Made by a program: the position numbers and the translations under genes | In this document: piece by piece, positions 1 through 8,944 of the stretch | How the letters are laid out: every line of letters starts with the position of its first letter | Numbering within the stretch: position 1 is the first letter of the stretch | Notes under the pieces: model-generated | What the model was told of the DNA's origin: nothing | The model's database searches: none | The model's input: only the letters and a program-made list of their open reading frames with translations | DNA from: an uncultured Thermoanaerobaculia bacterium | GTDB taxonomy: Bacteria > Acidobacteriota > Thermoanaerobaculia > Multivoradales > JAHEKO01 | Length of the DNA: 52,161 nucleotides | Direction: 5' to 3' | NCBI GenBank assembly: GCA_964469055.1 | Contig: CAYXXN010000001.1 | Location: 1 to 52,161, forward strand

Positions 1-340
1 CCTCCCCGCGGTCATCGGTTTGACCGTGCCGAGAACCGTCCTGTACGATCGCATTCGTACTCGCCTTCGCGACATGGTGGCGCGAGGGTGGGTGGGGGAG
101 GTGGAAAGCCTGCTCGCCCGCGGCCTCGATCCCTCTCTCCCGGCCTTTCGCGCCATCGGCTATCGGCAGCTGGCTCTTCACCTGCGCGGCGCCACCTCCC
201 TCGACACGGCGCTCGAGCAAACAGCGCGATCGACGCGTCGTTACGCGAAGCGGCAGGAGACATGGTTCCGCCGGCAGGAAAGCGTGCGCTGGGTCTCCGA
301 ACCCGATCCGGCCCACCTACTCGGGCTCCTGGAGGAATGA
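1..340 (+). CDS. miaA: tRNA dimethylallyltransferase MiaA, C-terminal part (5' end lies left of the window)
   Basis: Frame is open from the window edge to TGA 338-340. Translation (..VIGLTVPRTVLYDRIRTRLRDMVARGWVGEVESLL..TRRYAKRQETWFRR..) matches the C-terminal region of MiaA. It sits directly upstream of hfq, the classical miaA-hfq pair. Confidence 0.8.
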   Translation, partial: LPAVIGLTVPRTVLYDRIRTRLRDMVARGWVGEVESLLARGLDPSLPAFRAIGYRQLALHLRGATSLDTALEQTARSTRRYAKRQETWFRRQESVRWVSEPDPAHLLGLLEE

Positions 341-341
341 C

Positions 342-560
342 GTGGCCAAGACCAACATCAACATCCAGGACGGTTTTCTCTTCCAGCACTTGAAGGCCGG
401 CACTGAGCTGCAACTGGGCCTGATGACCGGCAAGACCCTGTCTGGCCAGCTGCGCCGCTTCGACCGCTTCGCCGTCGTGCTGGCGAGCGGCGGCCGCGAG
501 ATCCTCGTCTACAAGCATGCCATCGCGACGCTGGAAGAGGCCGCTCCCGGAGCTCTCTGA
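342..560 (+). CDS. hfq: RNA chaperone Hfq
   Basis: 72 aa. MAKTNINIQDGFLFQHLK..LTGKTLSGQLRRFDRFAVVL..ILVYKHAIATL aligns with Hfq Sm1/Sm2 motifs (YKHAI). GTG start lies 1 nt after the miaA stop. Confidence 0.92.
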   Translation: MAKTNINIQDGFLFQHLKAGTELQLGLMTGKTLSGQLRRFDRFAVVLASGGREILVYKHAIATLEEAAPGAL

Positions 561-1932
561 GCCCGCGAGGCGAGTCGGCGGCCGGCGATCGGCTGCGCGG
601 CCCTCGCGGATCACGGGCCTTCTCGTCTTGCTGACGCTGGTGGGGTGTGCCGGCCTGCGCCCGCGACCGGCGCCGCCTTCGTCCTTCGCCGCGGCGGACC
701 GCCCCTTCCTCGTCTCGCCGATTCAAGGCTACCCTTTCGCCCTGCCCTTGCAGCGCGCGCAGGAGATCACCGCCACCCATCGGGCCCTGGTCGAGACAGG
801 GGCCGGGGACCTCGCGACGCGCAGCGCATCGCAGTGGTTGACTGCGGATCCCCGATTTCACCCCGCCTCCGTGCTGCTGGCGAGCGTCGACTTCGGCGCC
901 GGACGCTGGCAGGAGGCGGCGATGCGGCTCGAGGCGGTGGTCGCCGAGTTGCCTCGCTACGTGGCGGCGCAGCTCCTGCTCGGGAGAACCCGGGAGCGGC
1001 TCGAGGAGATCCCGGCGGCGGTCGCCGCCTACGCGGCGGTGGCGGGCCAGGAGGCGGTGGCAGCAGCGTCCGTGACCCGGCTGCGCTCGCGCGCCGCCGA
1101 GATCCTCGCTGCCCGGATCGGCGATGCCCTGGCGCGAGGGCGCCTGGACGTGGCTCGTGAAGCCCTGCAACAGCTCTCGCAGTGGGCACCCGGCACACTT
1201 TCCACCCTGCGGGCGGAGCTGGCGGTGGGGGAGGCCGCGGGCGAGCCGGAGCGAGCGCTGACGGCAGCCCGCCGGCTCGCGTCGCTGGAGCCCGGCGATC
1301 GGCCGCTCGCCGAGCGGCTCGCCGACCTGGAGCTCGAAGCGGGGGACGCCGGGCGGGGCCTGCAGATCTTGGAAGAACTGGCGGCAAGCCATCCGACGGA
1401 CATGGGGTTGGCCGAGCACCTGGCCGAGGCCCGCTTCCGCTGGCGGCTGCAGCTCCTCCCGGGGCATGTCCGGGACCTCACCGGCCGAGCCGTCCTCACC
1501 CGCGGTGACTTCGCCAGTCTCGTCTTCTGGCTCTTCCCCACCGTCCGCCACGGCCGTGTCGAAGGAGCCACGATCGCCAGCGACATCCTGGAGAGCCCGG
1601 CGCGAAGGGAGATCGCTCGGGTCATCAATCTCGGCCTGCTGGCGGTCGATCCCGATCTCCACCTCTTCCACCCCGAGCGACCGATCACGCGCCAGGAGGC
1701 GCTCGACGCCATCCTGCACCTCCTGCGCGTCCAGAGCTCGCCGGCCGGTTGCAGCGACGCCCCTACTGGTGGTAGCTCGGCGGAGGGCACCTGTGCCGCA
1801 GCCCAACGCTGCGGCCTGATTGCCGATCTCGGCGACTGCTTGCCAGGCGCGCCGCTGAGCGGAGCGGAAGCGATGGCGTTGGCCCGGAACGGTGGCGGGC
1901 TGCTGACCGAGAACGAGGAGCCGGGGGCGTGA
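517..1932 (+). CDS. Putative lipoprotein with TPR-like helical repeats and a C-terminal SLH-like segment
   Basis: 471-aa ORF. ATG 517 is the only canonical in-frame start upstream of the signal peptide, giving a 44-nt overlap with hfq. Lipobox LLTLVGC. Ala/Leu/Arg-rich helical repeats. C-terminal ..ARREIARVINLGLLAVDPDLHLFHPERPITRQEALDAILHLL resembles an S-layer-homology domain. Confidence 0.5.
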   Translation: MPSRRWKRPLPELSEPARRVGGRRSAARPSRITGLLVLLTLVGCAGLRPRPAPPSSFAAADRPFLVSPIQGYPFALPLQRAQEITATHRALVETGAGDLATRSASQWLTADPRFHPASVLLASVDFGAGRWQEAAMRLEAVVAELPRYVAAQLLLGRTRERLEEIPAAVAAYAAVAGQEAVAAASVTRLRSRAAEILAARIGDALARGRLDVAREALQQLSQWAPGTLSTLRAELAVGEAAGEPERALTAARRLASLEPGDRPLAERLADLELEAGDAGRGLQILEELAASHPTDMGLAEHLAEARFRWRLQLLPGHVRDLTGRAVLTRGDFASLVFWLFPTVRHGRVEGATIASDILESPARREIARVINLGLLAVDPDLHLFHPERPITRQEALDAILHLLRVQSSPAGCSDAPTGGSSAEGTCAAAQRCGLIADLGDCLPGAPLSGAEAMALARNGGGLLTENEEPGA

Positions 1933-2486
1933 GCTTCAACCTGCCGAACCTGCTGTCGTTGCTGCGCATGGGCCTGATCCCGCTGTTCGTGATCGCCCTG
2001 CTGCGGGGCGAAACGGTCAAGGCGTTGGCGATCTTCGCCGTGGCCGGACTCTCCGACGCGCTGGACGGCTTGCTGGCGCGGGTCTTGAACCAGCGCTCCT
2101 TGCTCGGTGCCTACCTCGACCCCATCGCCGACAAGCTCCTGCTGACGACGGCGTACATCGGACTGACCGCACTCGACGGGCATACCGGCTTGGTTCCGAT
2201 CCCGATCTGGGTGACCGTGCTGATCATCGCCCGCGACGTCCTGATCCTGGTCGTGGCGCTGGCGTTGGCCCTGGCCCTCGACACCAGCGAGTTCCCGCCG
2301 ACCGTGCTAAGCAAGCTGACCACCTTCTGCCAGATCGCCGGAGTGATCCTCGTCCTGCTGTCGGGTCCGACCGACTGGGTGGATCGAGCGGCGGAGCTGA
2401 CCCTCTACCTCGTCGGCGCGCTGACGGTGGCCTCCGGGCTCGACTACATCTATCGCGCGAGTCGCTTGGTCGGGGCCAACCCATGA
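1929..2486 (+). CDS. pgsA: CDP-alcohol phosphatidyltransferase (CDP-diacylglycerol--glycerol-3-phosphate 3-phosphatidyltransferase-like)
   Basis: 185 aa. CDP-alcohol phosphatidyltransferase signature DALDGLLAR..(G)AYLDPIADK. Multiple TM helices. GTGA overlap with the upstream gene. Confidence 0.85.
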   Translation: MSFNLPNLLSLLRMGLIPLFVIALLRGETVKALAIFAVAGLSDALDGLLARVLNQRSLLGAYLDPIADKLLLTTAYIGLTALDGHTGLVPIPIWVTVLIIARDVLILVVALALALALDTSEFPPTVLSKLTTFCQIAGVILVLLSGPTDWVDRAAELTLYLVGALTVASGLDYIYRASRLVGANP

Positions 2487-3595
2487 AGCGCTTCGATCCC
2501 GCCGTCGTGCGCTTGCTGGTCTTCGTCGCCGCCCTGGCCCTCATCGCGCTCCTGCTCGTCTTCTTCGGCGACATCCTGCAGCCCCTGCTCCTGGGCATGG
2601 GCATCGCCTACCTGCTCGACCCGGCCGTGAGCTGGTTGTCCCGGCACGGCGTGTCGCGTTCGTTCGGAGCCATCCTCATCGCCTTCGTCGCCGTCCTCGC
2701 CGTGGCCCTCGCCCTCATGTTCCTGGTGCCGAGGATCGTGGGGGAGGTTCAGGAGCTCGTAGCGCGGCTGCCGGCTTACAACACGACCTTGCGGGCCAGG
2801 GTGGAGCCCTGGATCGCGGAGCTCGAGGCTCGCTATCCGGCGCAGGTCGCTGAAGCGCGGGCCAGGATCGTCACCACGTTCAACGAAAACCTGCCGGGTC
2901 TGGTGGCCCGGGTCGCGGGTTGGCTGGGCAGCCTCTTCGCCAGCGCGCTCGGTTTCGTTCTCTTCCTCTTGAGCCTGGTCTTCGTGCCGGTGTTCGCCTT
3001 CTATCTGCTCGTTGACTGGCCGCGCCTCCGCCAATCGCTTCTCGACTTGGTGCCGGTGCCGTATCGGGCGGTGACCGTGGAGCGGCTCGGGGAGGTCAAC
3101 TCCGCCCTCGGCAGCTTCCTGCGCGGCCAGCTCACGATCGCCCTCATCCTGGCGACCATCAATGCGACCGGCTTGGTGTTGTTGGGCGTCCCGTTCGGCC
3201 TCGTGGTGGGGCTGGTGGCGGGCCTGGCCAACCTGGTCCCCTACATGGCCCTGGTCGTCGGCCTGGTCCCGGCCCTCCTGCTCTGTTGGGTCGAGCACCA
3301 GAGCTGGCTCCACCTGCTCGGTGTGGCTGGCGTCTTCACCGGCGCTCAGGTGCTGGAGGGAACGGTGTTGAGCCCGCGCATCCTCTCGCGCCACGTCGAC
3401 CTGCACCCGGTGGTGGTGCTCCTGGCGGTGATCGTCGGCGGCAGCCTCTTCGGGTTCCTCGGCATGCTCGTGGCGGTGCCCACCGTCGCCGCGTGCCAGG
3501 TCTTCGTGCGCCATTGGGTGGCGCAGTACAAGCGCTCGAACGTCTATCACGGCAAAGGCGACGAGGCCGCGGGCGCGTCGTCCGGCGCCCCCTGA
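2483..3595 (+). CDS. AI-2E family transporter (PerM/UPF0118)
   Basis: 370 aa polytopic membrane protein whose sequence pattern is typical of the AI-2E/PerM family (..IAYLLDPAVSWLSRHGVSR.., ..LANLVPYMALVVG.., ..VAVPTVAA..). ATGA overlap with pgsA. Confidence 0.8.
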   Translation: MKRFDPAVVRLLVFVAALALIALLLVFFGDILQPLLLGMGIAYLLDPAVSWLSRHGVSRSFGAILIAFVAVLAVALALMFLVPRIVGEVQELVARLPAYNTTLRARVEPWIAELEARYPAQVAEARARIVTTFNENLPGLVARVAGWLGSLFASALGFVLFLLSLVFVPVFAFYLLVDWPRLRQSLLDLVPVPYRAVTVERLGEVNSALGSFLRGQLTIALILATINATGLVLLGVPFGLVVGLVAGLANLVPYMALVVGLVPALLLCWVEHQSWLHLLGVAGVFTGAQVLEGTVLSPRILSRHVDLHPVVVLLAVIVGGSLFGFLGMLVAVPTVAACQVFVRHWVAQYKRSNVYHGKGDEAAGASSGAP

Positions 3596-3630
3596 CGGCG
3601 CGGCTCGCTCTGATACAGTGCCTACCGGCG

Positions 3631-6600
3631 ATGCCGCCGTTCGTTCACCTCCATCTCCACAGCGAGTACAGCATGCTGGACGGTGCGAACCGTCTGCACG
3701 ACGTGCTCGACAACGCCAAGTCGGCCGGCATGCCCGCGGTGGCTCTCACCGACCATGGCAATCTGTTCGGGGCCATCGAGTTCTACGACGCGGCGCGCAA
3801 GGTGGGCATTCAGCCGATCCTCGGCATGGAGGCCTACGTCGCGCCCGGGCGCCACACGGACCGGGACCCCGCCCAGCGCAGCGCCAACCATCTCGTCCTC
3901 CTGGCCCGCGACGAGCAGGGCTACCGCAATCTGCTGCAGCTGACGACCCGCTCCTTCCTGGACGGCTTCTACTACAAGCCGCGCATCGACCGCGAGCTCC
4001 TGCGCTCCCATGCGGCGGGGCTCATCGGCCTGTCGGCTTGTCTCAAAGGCGAGATCAACGAGCGCATCACGGCGGGGCAGGAAAGCGAGGCCGAGCGCAC
4101 GGCGCGGGACTATGTCGAGCTCTTCGGCGAGGGCAACTTCTACCTCGAGCTCCAGGACCACGGCATTCCGGCCCAACGGCAGGCCAACGAAGTCCTGCGC
4201 CGCATCGCGCGGCGCCTCGGCGCCCCCCTGGTCGCCACCAACGATTGCCACTACCTCCGTCCGGACGACGCCACGGCCCACGACGTCCTGCTGTGCATCG
4301 GCACCCAGAAGACGCTGGCCGACCCGGATCGTCTGCGCTACGCGAGCGACCAGTTCTACCTGAAGAGCGGCGAGGAGATGGCGGCGCTCTTCCCCGACGT
4401 GCCCGAGGCGATCGAGAACACCTTGCGCATCGCCGAGCGATGCCGGCTGGAGCTGCCGAAGGGCACGCAGCTGCCAGCCTTCCCGGTGCCCGCGGGCCAC
4501 ACCCTCGACTCCTTCTTGGTGGCCGTGACCCGCGAGGGCCTCGAGGAACGCCTGGCGGAGCGGCCCGCCGCGGGGGCCGAACGACGGCTCCCGGACGAGG
4601 TCTACCGGGAGCGCCTGGAGCAGGAGATCGGCGTCATCCAGCGCATGGAGTTCGCGGGCTACTTCCTCATCGTGTGGGATTTCATCCGCCACGCCCGCGA
4701 GCGGCACATCCCGGTCGGCCCCGGCCGCGGCTCGGCGGCGGGATCGCTCGTCGCCTGGTCGTTGCACATCACCGACATCGATCCGTTGCGCTACGGCCTC
4801 GTCTTCGAGCGCTTCCTCAACCCCGAGCGCGTCTCGCTACCGGACATCGACATCGATTTCTGCATGCGCCGGCGGGGCGAGGTCATCCAGTACGTCAGCG
4901 AGAAGTACGGCCGCGATCGAGTGGCGCAGATCATCACGTTCGGGACGCTCGGTGCGAAAGCCGTGATCCGCGACGTCGGGCGCGTCCTCGGCCTGCCGTA
5001 CGGCAAGGTCGACCGGATCGCCAAACTGATCCCCGACATGACCAAGTCCGTGCAGGACGCCGTCGAGACGGTGCCGGCGCTGCGGGAAGAGGCGGCAGCC
5101 GACGCCGAAGTGGCGCAGGTGCTGGCGATCGGCTCGCGCCTCGGAGGTCTGACGCGCCACGCCTCGATCCATGCCGCCGGTGTCGTGATCTCACCGCAGC
5201 CGATCGAGCAGCTCGTGCCCCTCTGTCGAACGGCCAACGACGAGATCGTCACTCAGTGGGACAAGGATGTCGTCGAGCGCCTGGGCCTGCTGAAGATGGA
5301 TTTCCTGGGACTCCGGACCTTGACGGTGCTCGACGACACGGTGCGCATGCTCGGTTACCAGGGAATCGATCTCGACCTGGACCGCGTGCCCCTCGACGAC
5401 AGCGAGACGTTCCGTCTGTTCTGCGAGGGCCGTACCGACGGGATCTTCCAGTTCGAGTCGGGCGGCATGAAGGACCTGCTGCGGCGCGCCCCGCCCTCCC
5501 GCTTCGAGGACCTGGCGGCGCTGAACGCCCTCTATCGTCCTGGCGCCCTCGAAGGCGGAACCGTCAAGCAGTACGTCGAATGCAAGCAGGGCCTGCGCAA
5601 ACCCAGGTATCTGCTGCCGCAAGTGCAACCGATCCTGGAGGAAACCTACGGAGTCATCGTCTACCAGGAGCAGGTGATGAAGATCGCCCAGGAGGTCGCC
5701 GGCTTCTCGCTGGGCGCCGGCGACCTGCTGCGCAAGGCGATGGGCAAGAAGGATCCGGAAGCGATGGCGAAGCAGAAGGAGCAGTTCCTCGACGGTGCCG
5801 AGCGCAACGGCGTCAGCCGGACGAAGGCCGGGCAACTGTGGGAGTACATCGCCCCCTTCGCAGGCTACGGCTTCAACAAGAGTCACAGCGTCGCCTACGC
5901 GCTGCTGGCCTACAAGACGGCCTTTCTCAAGGTGCATCACCCCGTGGCGTTCATGGCCGCCATGCTCACCTCGGAGATGGGGAGCAAGGACAACGTCGCC
6001 AAGTACATCCGCGAATGCCGGCAGATGGGCCTGCGCATCCTGCCGCCGGAGATCAACGAGTCGGACTGGGCCTTCACCGCCGTTGGGGACGCCATCCGCT
6101 TCGGCCTGGGGGCGGTCAAGGGAATCGGCGAGGCGGCGGTCGAGACGATCCTCGGCGCCCGCCGCCGCGTGGGGCGCTTCCGCGGCTTGGCGCATCTGGC
6201 GACCGAGGTCGATCTGCGGACCCTCAATCGCGGCGTCTTCGAGGCGCTGATCAAGTCTGGGGCGCTCGACGCCTTCGGGACTCACCGGGCGGCCCTGGTG
6301 GCCGCCCTGGAGGGCATCGTCGATCACGCCCAACAGCGGCGGCGAGAGGTGGAGCAGGGCCAAGGGACCCTGTTCACGAGTGGCCCGGCGCAGGAGCCGT
6401 CCATCCCGAGCTTCGCCCCCTGGGACGAGCGCACGCGGTTGCTGTTCGAGAAGGAAGCGCTCGGCTTCTATCTCACCGGCAACCCCCTGTCGGAGCACCA
6501 AGCGCAGCTGGCGAAGCTCGCGACGCACACCAGCGGCGGTCTGGTCGCCGACGACGAGCGACGGGTCACCCTCGGCGGCATCGTCACCCAGGTACGGCAG

Positions 6601-7062
6601 CGCAAGATCAAGAACGGGCCCAATGCCGGCAAGGTGATGGGGCTCTTCGTGCTCGAGGATCTCGATGGCTCGCTGCCGGTGACGCTCTTCGCGAGCCAGT
6701 ACCAGCAGTACGCGTCGTTGCTGGTCGAGGGCGCCATCGTGCTGGTGCGCGGAGTGGCGCGGGATCGGGGGTCCGGAGTGGAAGTCACGGGGGAGGAGGT
6801 CGTGTCGCTGGACCGCGCTCGCCAGGCGCTGGTGCGCGAAGTGGAGCTCGAGTTGGACGAGCGCTGCACGGCCGGCGAGCTCGTCCGGCTGCGCGAGCTG
6901 TTGGCCGAGCACGCCGGCGACGTGCCGGTCCGCCTGTGCCTTCGCATCGAGGGCCGCTCGCTGCGGGTCGCTCCCGACGAACGCTTTCGGGTGCGCTACG
7001 ACGCGGCGCTGGTCGGCCGACTCGAGGACTTGCTCGGCAAGAGCGCCGTCCGGCCGGCTTGA
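3631..7062 (+). CDS. dnaE: DNA polymerase III alpha subunit
   Basis: ATG 3631 gives MPPFVHLHLHSEYSMLDGANRL (PHP-domain N-terminus); 1143 aa. Conserved ..GRGSAAGSLVAWSLHITDIDP.., ..PDIDIDF.., ..FNKSHSVAYA.. blocks. The 345 nt of the tracked ORF upstream of 3631 overlap the transporter gene and are Arg/Gly-rich, so they are excluded. Confidence 0.95.
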   Translation: MPPFVHLHLHSEYSMLDGANRLHDVLDNAKSAGMPAVALTDHGNLFGAIEFYDAARKVGIQPILGMEAYVAPGRHTDRDPAQRSANHLVLLARDEQGYRNLLQLTTRSFLDGFYYKPRIDRELLRSHAAGLIGLSACLKGEINERITAGQESEAERTARDYVELFGEGNFYLELQDHGIPAQRQANEVLRRIARRLGAPLVATNDCHYLRPDDATAHDVLLCIGTQKTLADPDRLRYASDQFYLKSGEEMAALFPDVPEAIENTLRIAERCRLELPKGTQLPAFPVPAGHTLDSFLVAVTREGLEERLAERPAAGAERRLPDEVYRERLEQEIGVIQRMEFAGYFLIVWDFIRHARERHIPVGPGRGSAAGSLVAWSLHITDIDPLRYGLVFERFLNPERVSLPDIDIDFCMRRRGEVIQYVSEKYGRDRVAQIITFGTLGAKAVIRDVGRVLGLPYGKVDRIAKLIPDMTKSVQDAVETVPALREEAAADAEVAQVLAIGSRLGGLTRHASIHAAGVVISPQPIEQLVPLCRTANDEIVTQWDKDVVERLGLLKMDFLGLRTLTVLDDTVRMLGYQGIDLDLDRVPLDDSETFRLFCEGRTDGIFQFESGGMKDLLRRAPPSRFEDLAALNALYRPGALEGGTVKQYVECKQGLRKPRYLLPQVQPILEETYGVIVYQEQVMKIAQEVAGFSLGAGDLLRKAMGKKDPEAMAKQKEQFLDGAERNGVSRTKAGQLWEYIAPFAGYGFNKSHSVAYALLAYKTAFLKVHHPVAFMAAMLTSEMGSKDNVAKYIRECRQMGLRILPPEINESDWAFTAVGDAIRFGLGAVKGIGEAAVETILGARRRVGRFRGLAHLATEVDLRTLNRGVFEALIKSGALDAFGTHRAALVAALEGIVDHAQQRRREVEQGQGTLFTSGPAQEPSIPSFAPWDERTRLLFEKEALGFYLTGNPLSEHQAQLAKLATHTSGGLVADDERRVTLGGIVTQVRQRKIKNGPNAGKVMGLFVLEDLDGSLPVTLFASQYQQYASLLVEGAIVLVRGVARDRGSGVEVTGEEVVSLDRARQALVREVELELDERCTAGELVRLRELLAEHAGDVPVRLCLRIEGRSLRVAPDERFRVRYDAALVGRLEDLLGKSAVRPA

Positions 7063-7076
7063 GCCGGAGCCTCGCC

Positions 7077-8312
7077 ATGCGCTGGAGCGAGCGCGTCGCC
7101 CTGCCGACCGAGACGAGGATCGTGCTCGCGGCCTTGGCCGCAGCAGCGGCGCCTGCCGAGCTCGTGGCGTTGGTCGGTGGGTTCGTACGCGACCTGCTGT
7201 TGGGCCGCGAGACCCGGGACCTCGACATCGTCGTGGTGGGCCGCGGCGCCGATCTGGCCGACCGCCTGGGCGAGCGGCTGGCGGTGGCGCCGCGCATTCA
7301 CCCGCCGTTCGATACCGCGGAGCTCCGGGTCGGTGAGCTACGCCTCGACGTCGCGAGCGCGCGCCGGGAGCACTACCCGGCCCCGGCAGCCCTACCCGTC
7401 GTCCGACCGGCTGGCCTCGAGGAAGACCTCGGCCGCCGGGACTTCACGGTGAATGCCATGGCGCTGCCGCTGGCGGCCGCGTCGTTGGCGGAGATCGTGG
7501 ATCCGCACCAGGGACGGACGGCGCTCGCGGAGCGGCGGCTGACGGTCCTCCACCCGCTCTCCTTCCGCGACGACCCGACGCGCATCTTGCGCGGCCTCGA
7601 GCTCGCACCTCGGCTGGGATTGCGGTTCGATTCCGAGACCGAGGCGCTGGCGCGCAGCGGCTCGGCGTACCTCGCGGCGCTCTCGCCCAGCCGCCTCCTG
7701 GAGGCTTGGACGCGGCTGTTCCCCGATGCCTCGCGAGTCGGCGAGAAGCTCGCGACGCTCGACCGGCTCGGATCGCTCTCCATCCTCTCGCCCGGACTTC
7801 GCGACTTCCCGCTGGCGGAGGTCGAACGGCTGGTCACTGCCCTGACGGCGCCAGCGGGCGCGGCGGCCGCCACCGGGCGGGCCGTCCTCGCTTGGCTGGC
7901 GCGCCGCGCCGGGCCGAGCGTCGAGCTCGATCTGGCCCGCCGCTTCGGGTACCGGGAGCTCGAGGGGCTCGGCGAGCGGCTGGCGCGGGCCGAATCCGAC
8001 CTTGCGGCCGCGCACCCGCCTCACGAGCTAGAGCGAGCCGTCGCGAACATGGACGAGATCGAGCTGACGGTGCTGGCCGCAACCGCGCCACCGACGGCGG
8101 CCGAACGGGCGAGCCTTGTCCTGGCCCACTGGCGCGCGCTTCGCTTGGCGATCGGCGGCGCCGACCTGGTAGGGGCGGGTTCGCCGCCGGGGCCACTCAT
8201 CGGCGAAGCCCTGCGACGGACGCGCGCCGCGCGACTCGACGGTGAGATCGCGCCCGAGGAGGAGCTCACCTTCGCCTTGGCGTGGCTCGCGCGGCAGGAG
8301 GCGGAGGCATGA
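7077..8312 (+). CDS. tRNA nucleotidyltransferase / poly(A) polymerase family protein (CCA-adding-enzyme-like)
   Basis: ATG 7077 is in the frame of the long 3618..8312 ORF. 411 aa. Class II nucleotidyltransferase head motif LVGGFVRDLLLGRETRDLDIVV and ..RRDFTVNAMA... Confidence 0.8.
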   Translation: MRWSERVALPTETRIVLAALAAAAAPAELVALVGGFVRDLLLGRETRDLDIVVVGRGADLADRLGERLAVAPRIHPPFDTAELRVGELRLDVASARREHYPAPAALPVVRPAGLEEDLGRRDFTVNAMALPLAAASLAEIVDPHQGRTALAERRLTVLHPLSFRDDPTRILRGLELAPRLGLRFDSETEALARSGSAYLAALSPSRLLEAWTRLFPDASRVGEKLATLDRLGSLSILSPGLRDFPLAEVERLVTALTAPAGAAAATGRAVLAWLARRAGPSVELDLARRFGYRELEGLGERLARAESDLAAAHPPHELERAVANMDEIELTVLAATAPPTAAERASLVLAHWRALRLAIGGADLVGAGSPPGPLIGEALRRTRAARLDGEIAPEEELTFALAWLARQEAEA

Positions 8313-8944
8313 GGCTGGCGCCATGGCTGCTCGGCGCGTCGGTGGTCGTCCCGGTTGCCGGTCAGGATGGCCGCTCGCAAGAGGCGGCGCGGCTCTCCTG
8401 CGTCTCCGAGCTCGGTCGCTCCGAGGTGACCCTCTTCGCCAACGGCACCCTGCGTAGCCGGCGATGGGACGAGGCCGGGGCGCTCGAGATGACGCTCGCC
8501 GAGCTGTCGCCGGAGGACCTCGCAACCTACCTCGACCGGCTGGCGGGCGAGGACCTGAGCGAGGTGCAGACCGAGCGGGGCGGCGCGGCTGGCCCATGGC
8601 TGGAGACCTGCGCCATGGATCTCGCGTTGCCGGGCCGCGAGGAGCGGCAGGTCCGCTTCGGCGCGCTCGACGCCCTGCCACTGACCCTCGCCAGGGTGGT
8701 CGGCATCCTCCACGAGCTGCGGGCGAGGGCCGAGGAGCGGCGGCCGGTGGAGAGCCTACCCCCGGATTACGTGCCCCAGCGCGGCGACGTGCTGTTGCGC
8801 CAGGACGGTGGTCGCTATCAGGTCGAGGGCCTGACCAGCGATGGCAGGGGAGTGGAGCTGCTCGGTCTCGACCAGCCGCTGACGCTCTACGTGGCCCTCG
8901 ACTCCCTGAGCGGAGAGTTTCGACGCCTCCTGGAGCGGCCGTGA
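8309..8944 (+). CDS. Hypothetical secreted protein
   Basis: ATG 8309 overlaps the upstream stop (ATGA) and is preceded by GGAGGCGGAGG. N-terminal signal-like MRLAPWLLGASVVVPVAGQ. No family recognised. Confidence 0.45.
   Translation: MRLAPWLLGASVVVPVAGQDGRSQEAARLSCVSELGRSEVTLFANGTLRSRRWDEAGALEMTLAELSPEDLATYLDRLAGEDLSEVQTERGGAAGPWLETCAMDLALPGREERQVRFGALDALPLTLARVVGILHELRARAEERRPVESLPPDYVPQRGDVLLRQDGGRYQVEGLTSDGRGVELLGLDQPLTLYVALDSLSGEFRRLLERP

Noticed and set aside
358-1806. 482-aa antisense ORF opposite hfq and the lipoprotein gene
   Set aside because: It is antisense to recognised genes with an Arg-rich low-complexity product. It is one of many similar shadow ORFs in the track; the others (for example 10291..12264, 12598..14235, 38949..40757 upstream part, 5191..6912) are rejected for the same reason.
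3618-7076. Upstream 3.4 kb of the 1564-aa ORF (3618..8312) in an alternative frame over dnaE
   Set aside because: The translation is Arg/Pro/Gly/Ala-rich low complexity, as expected from off-frame reading of GC-rich coding DNA. It fully overlaps the clearly genuine dnaE. Only the part from ATG 7077 has recognisable (NTase) motifs.
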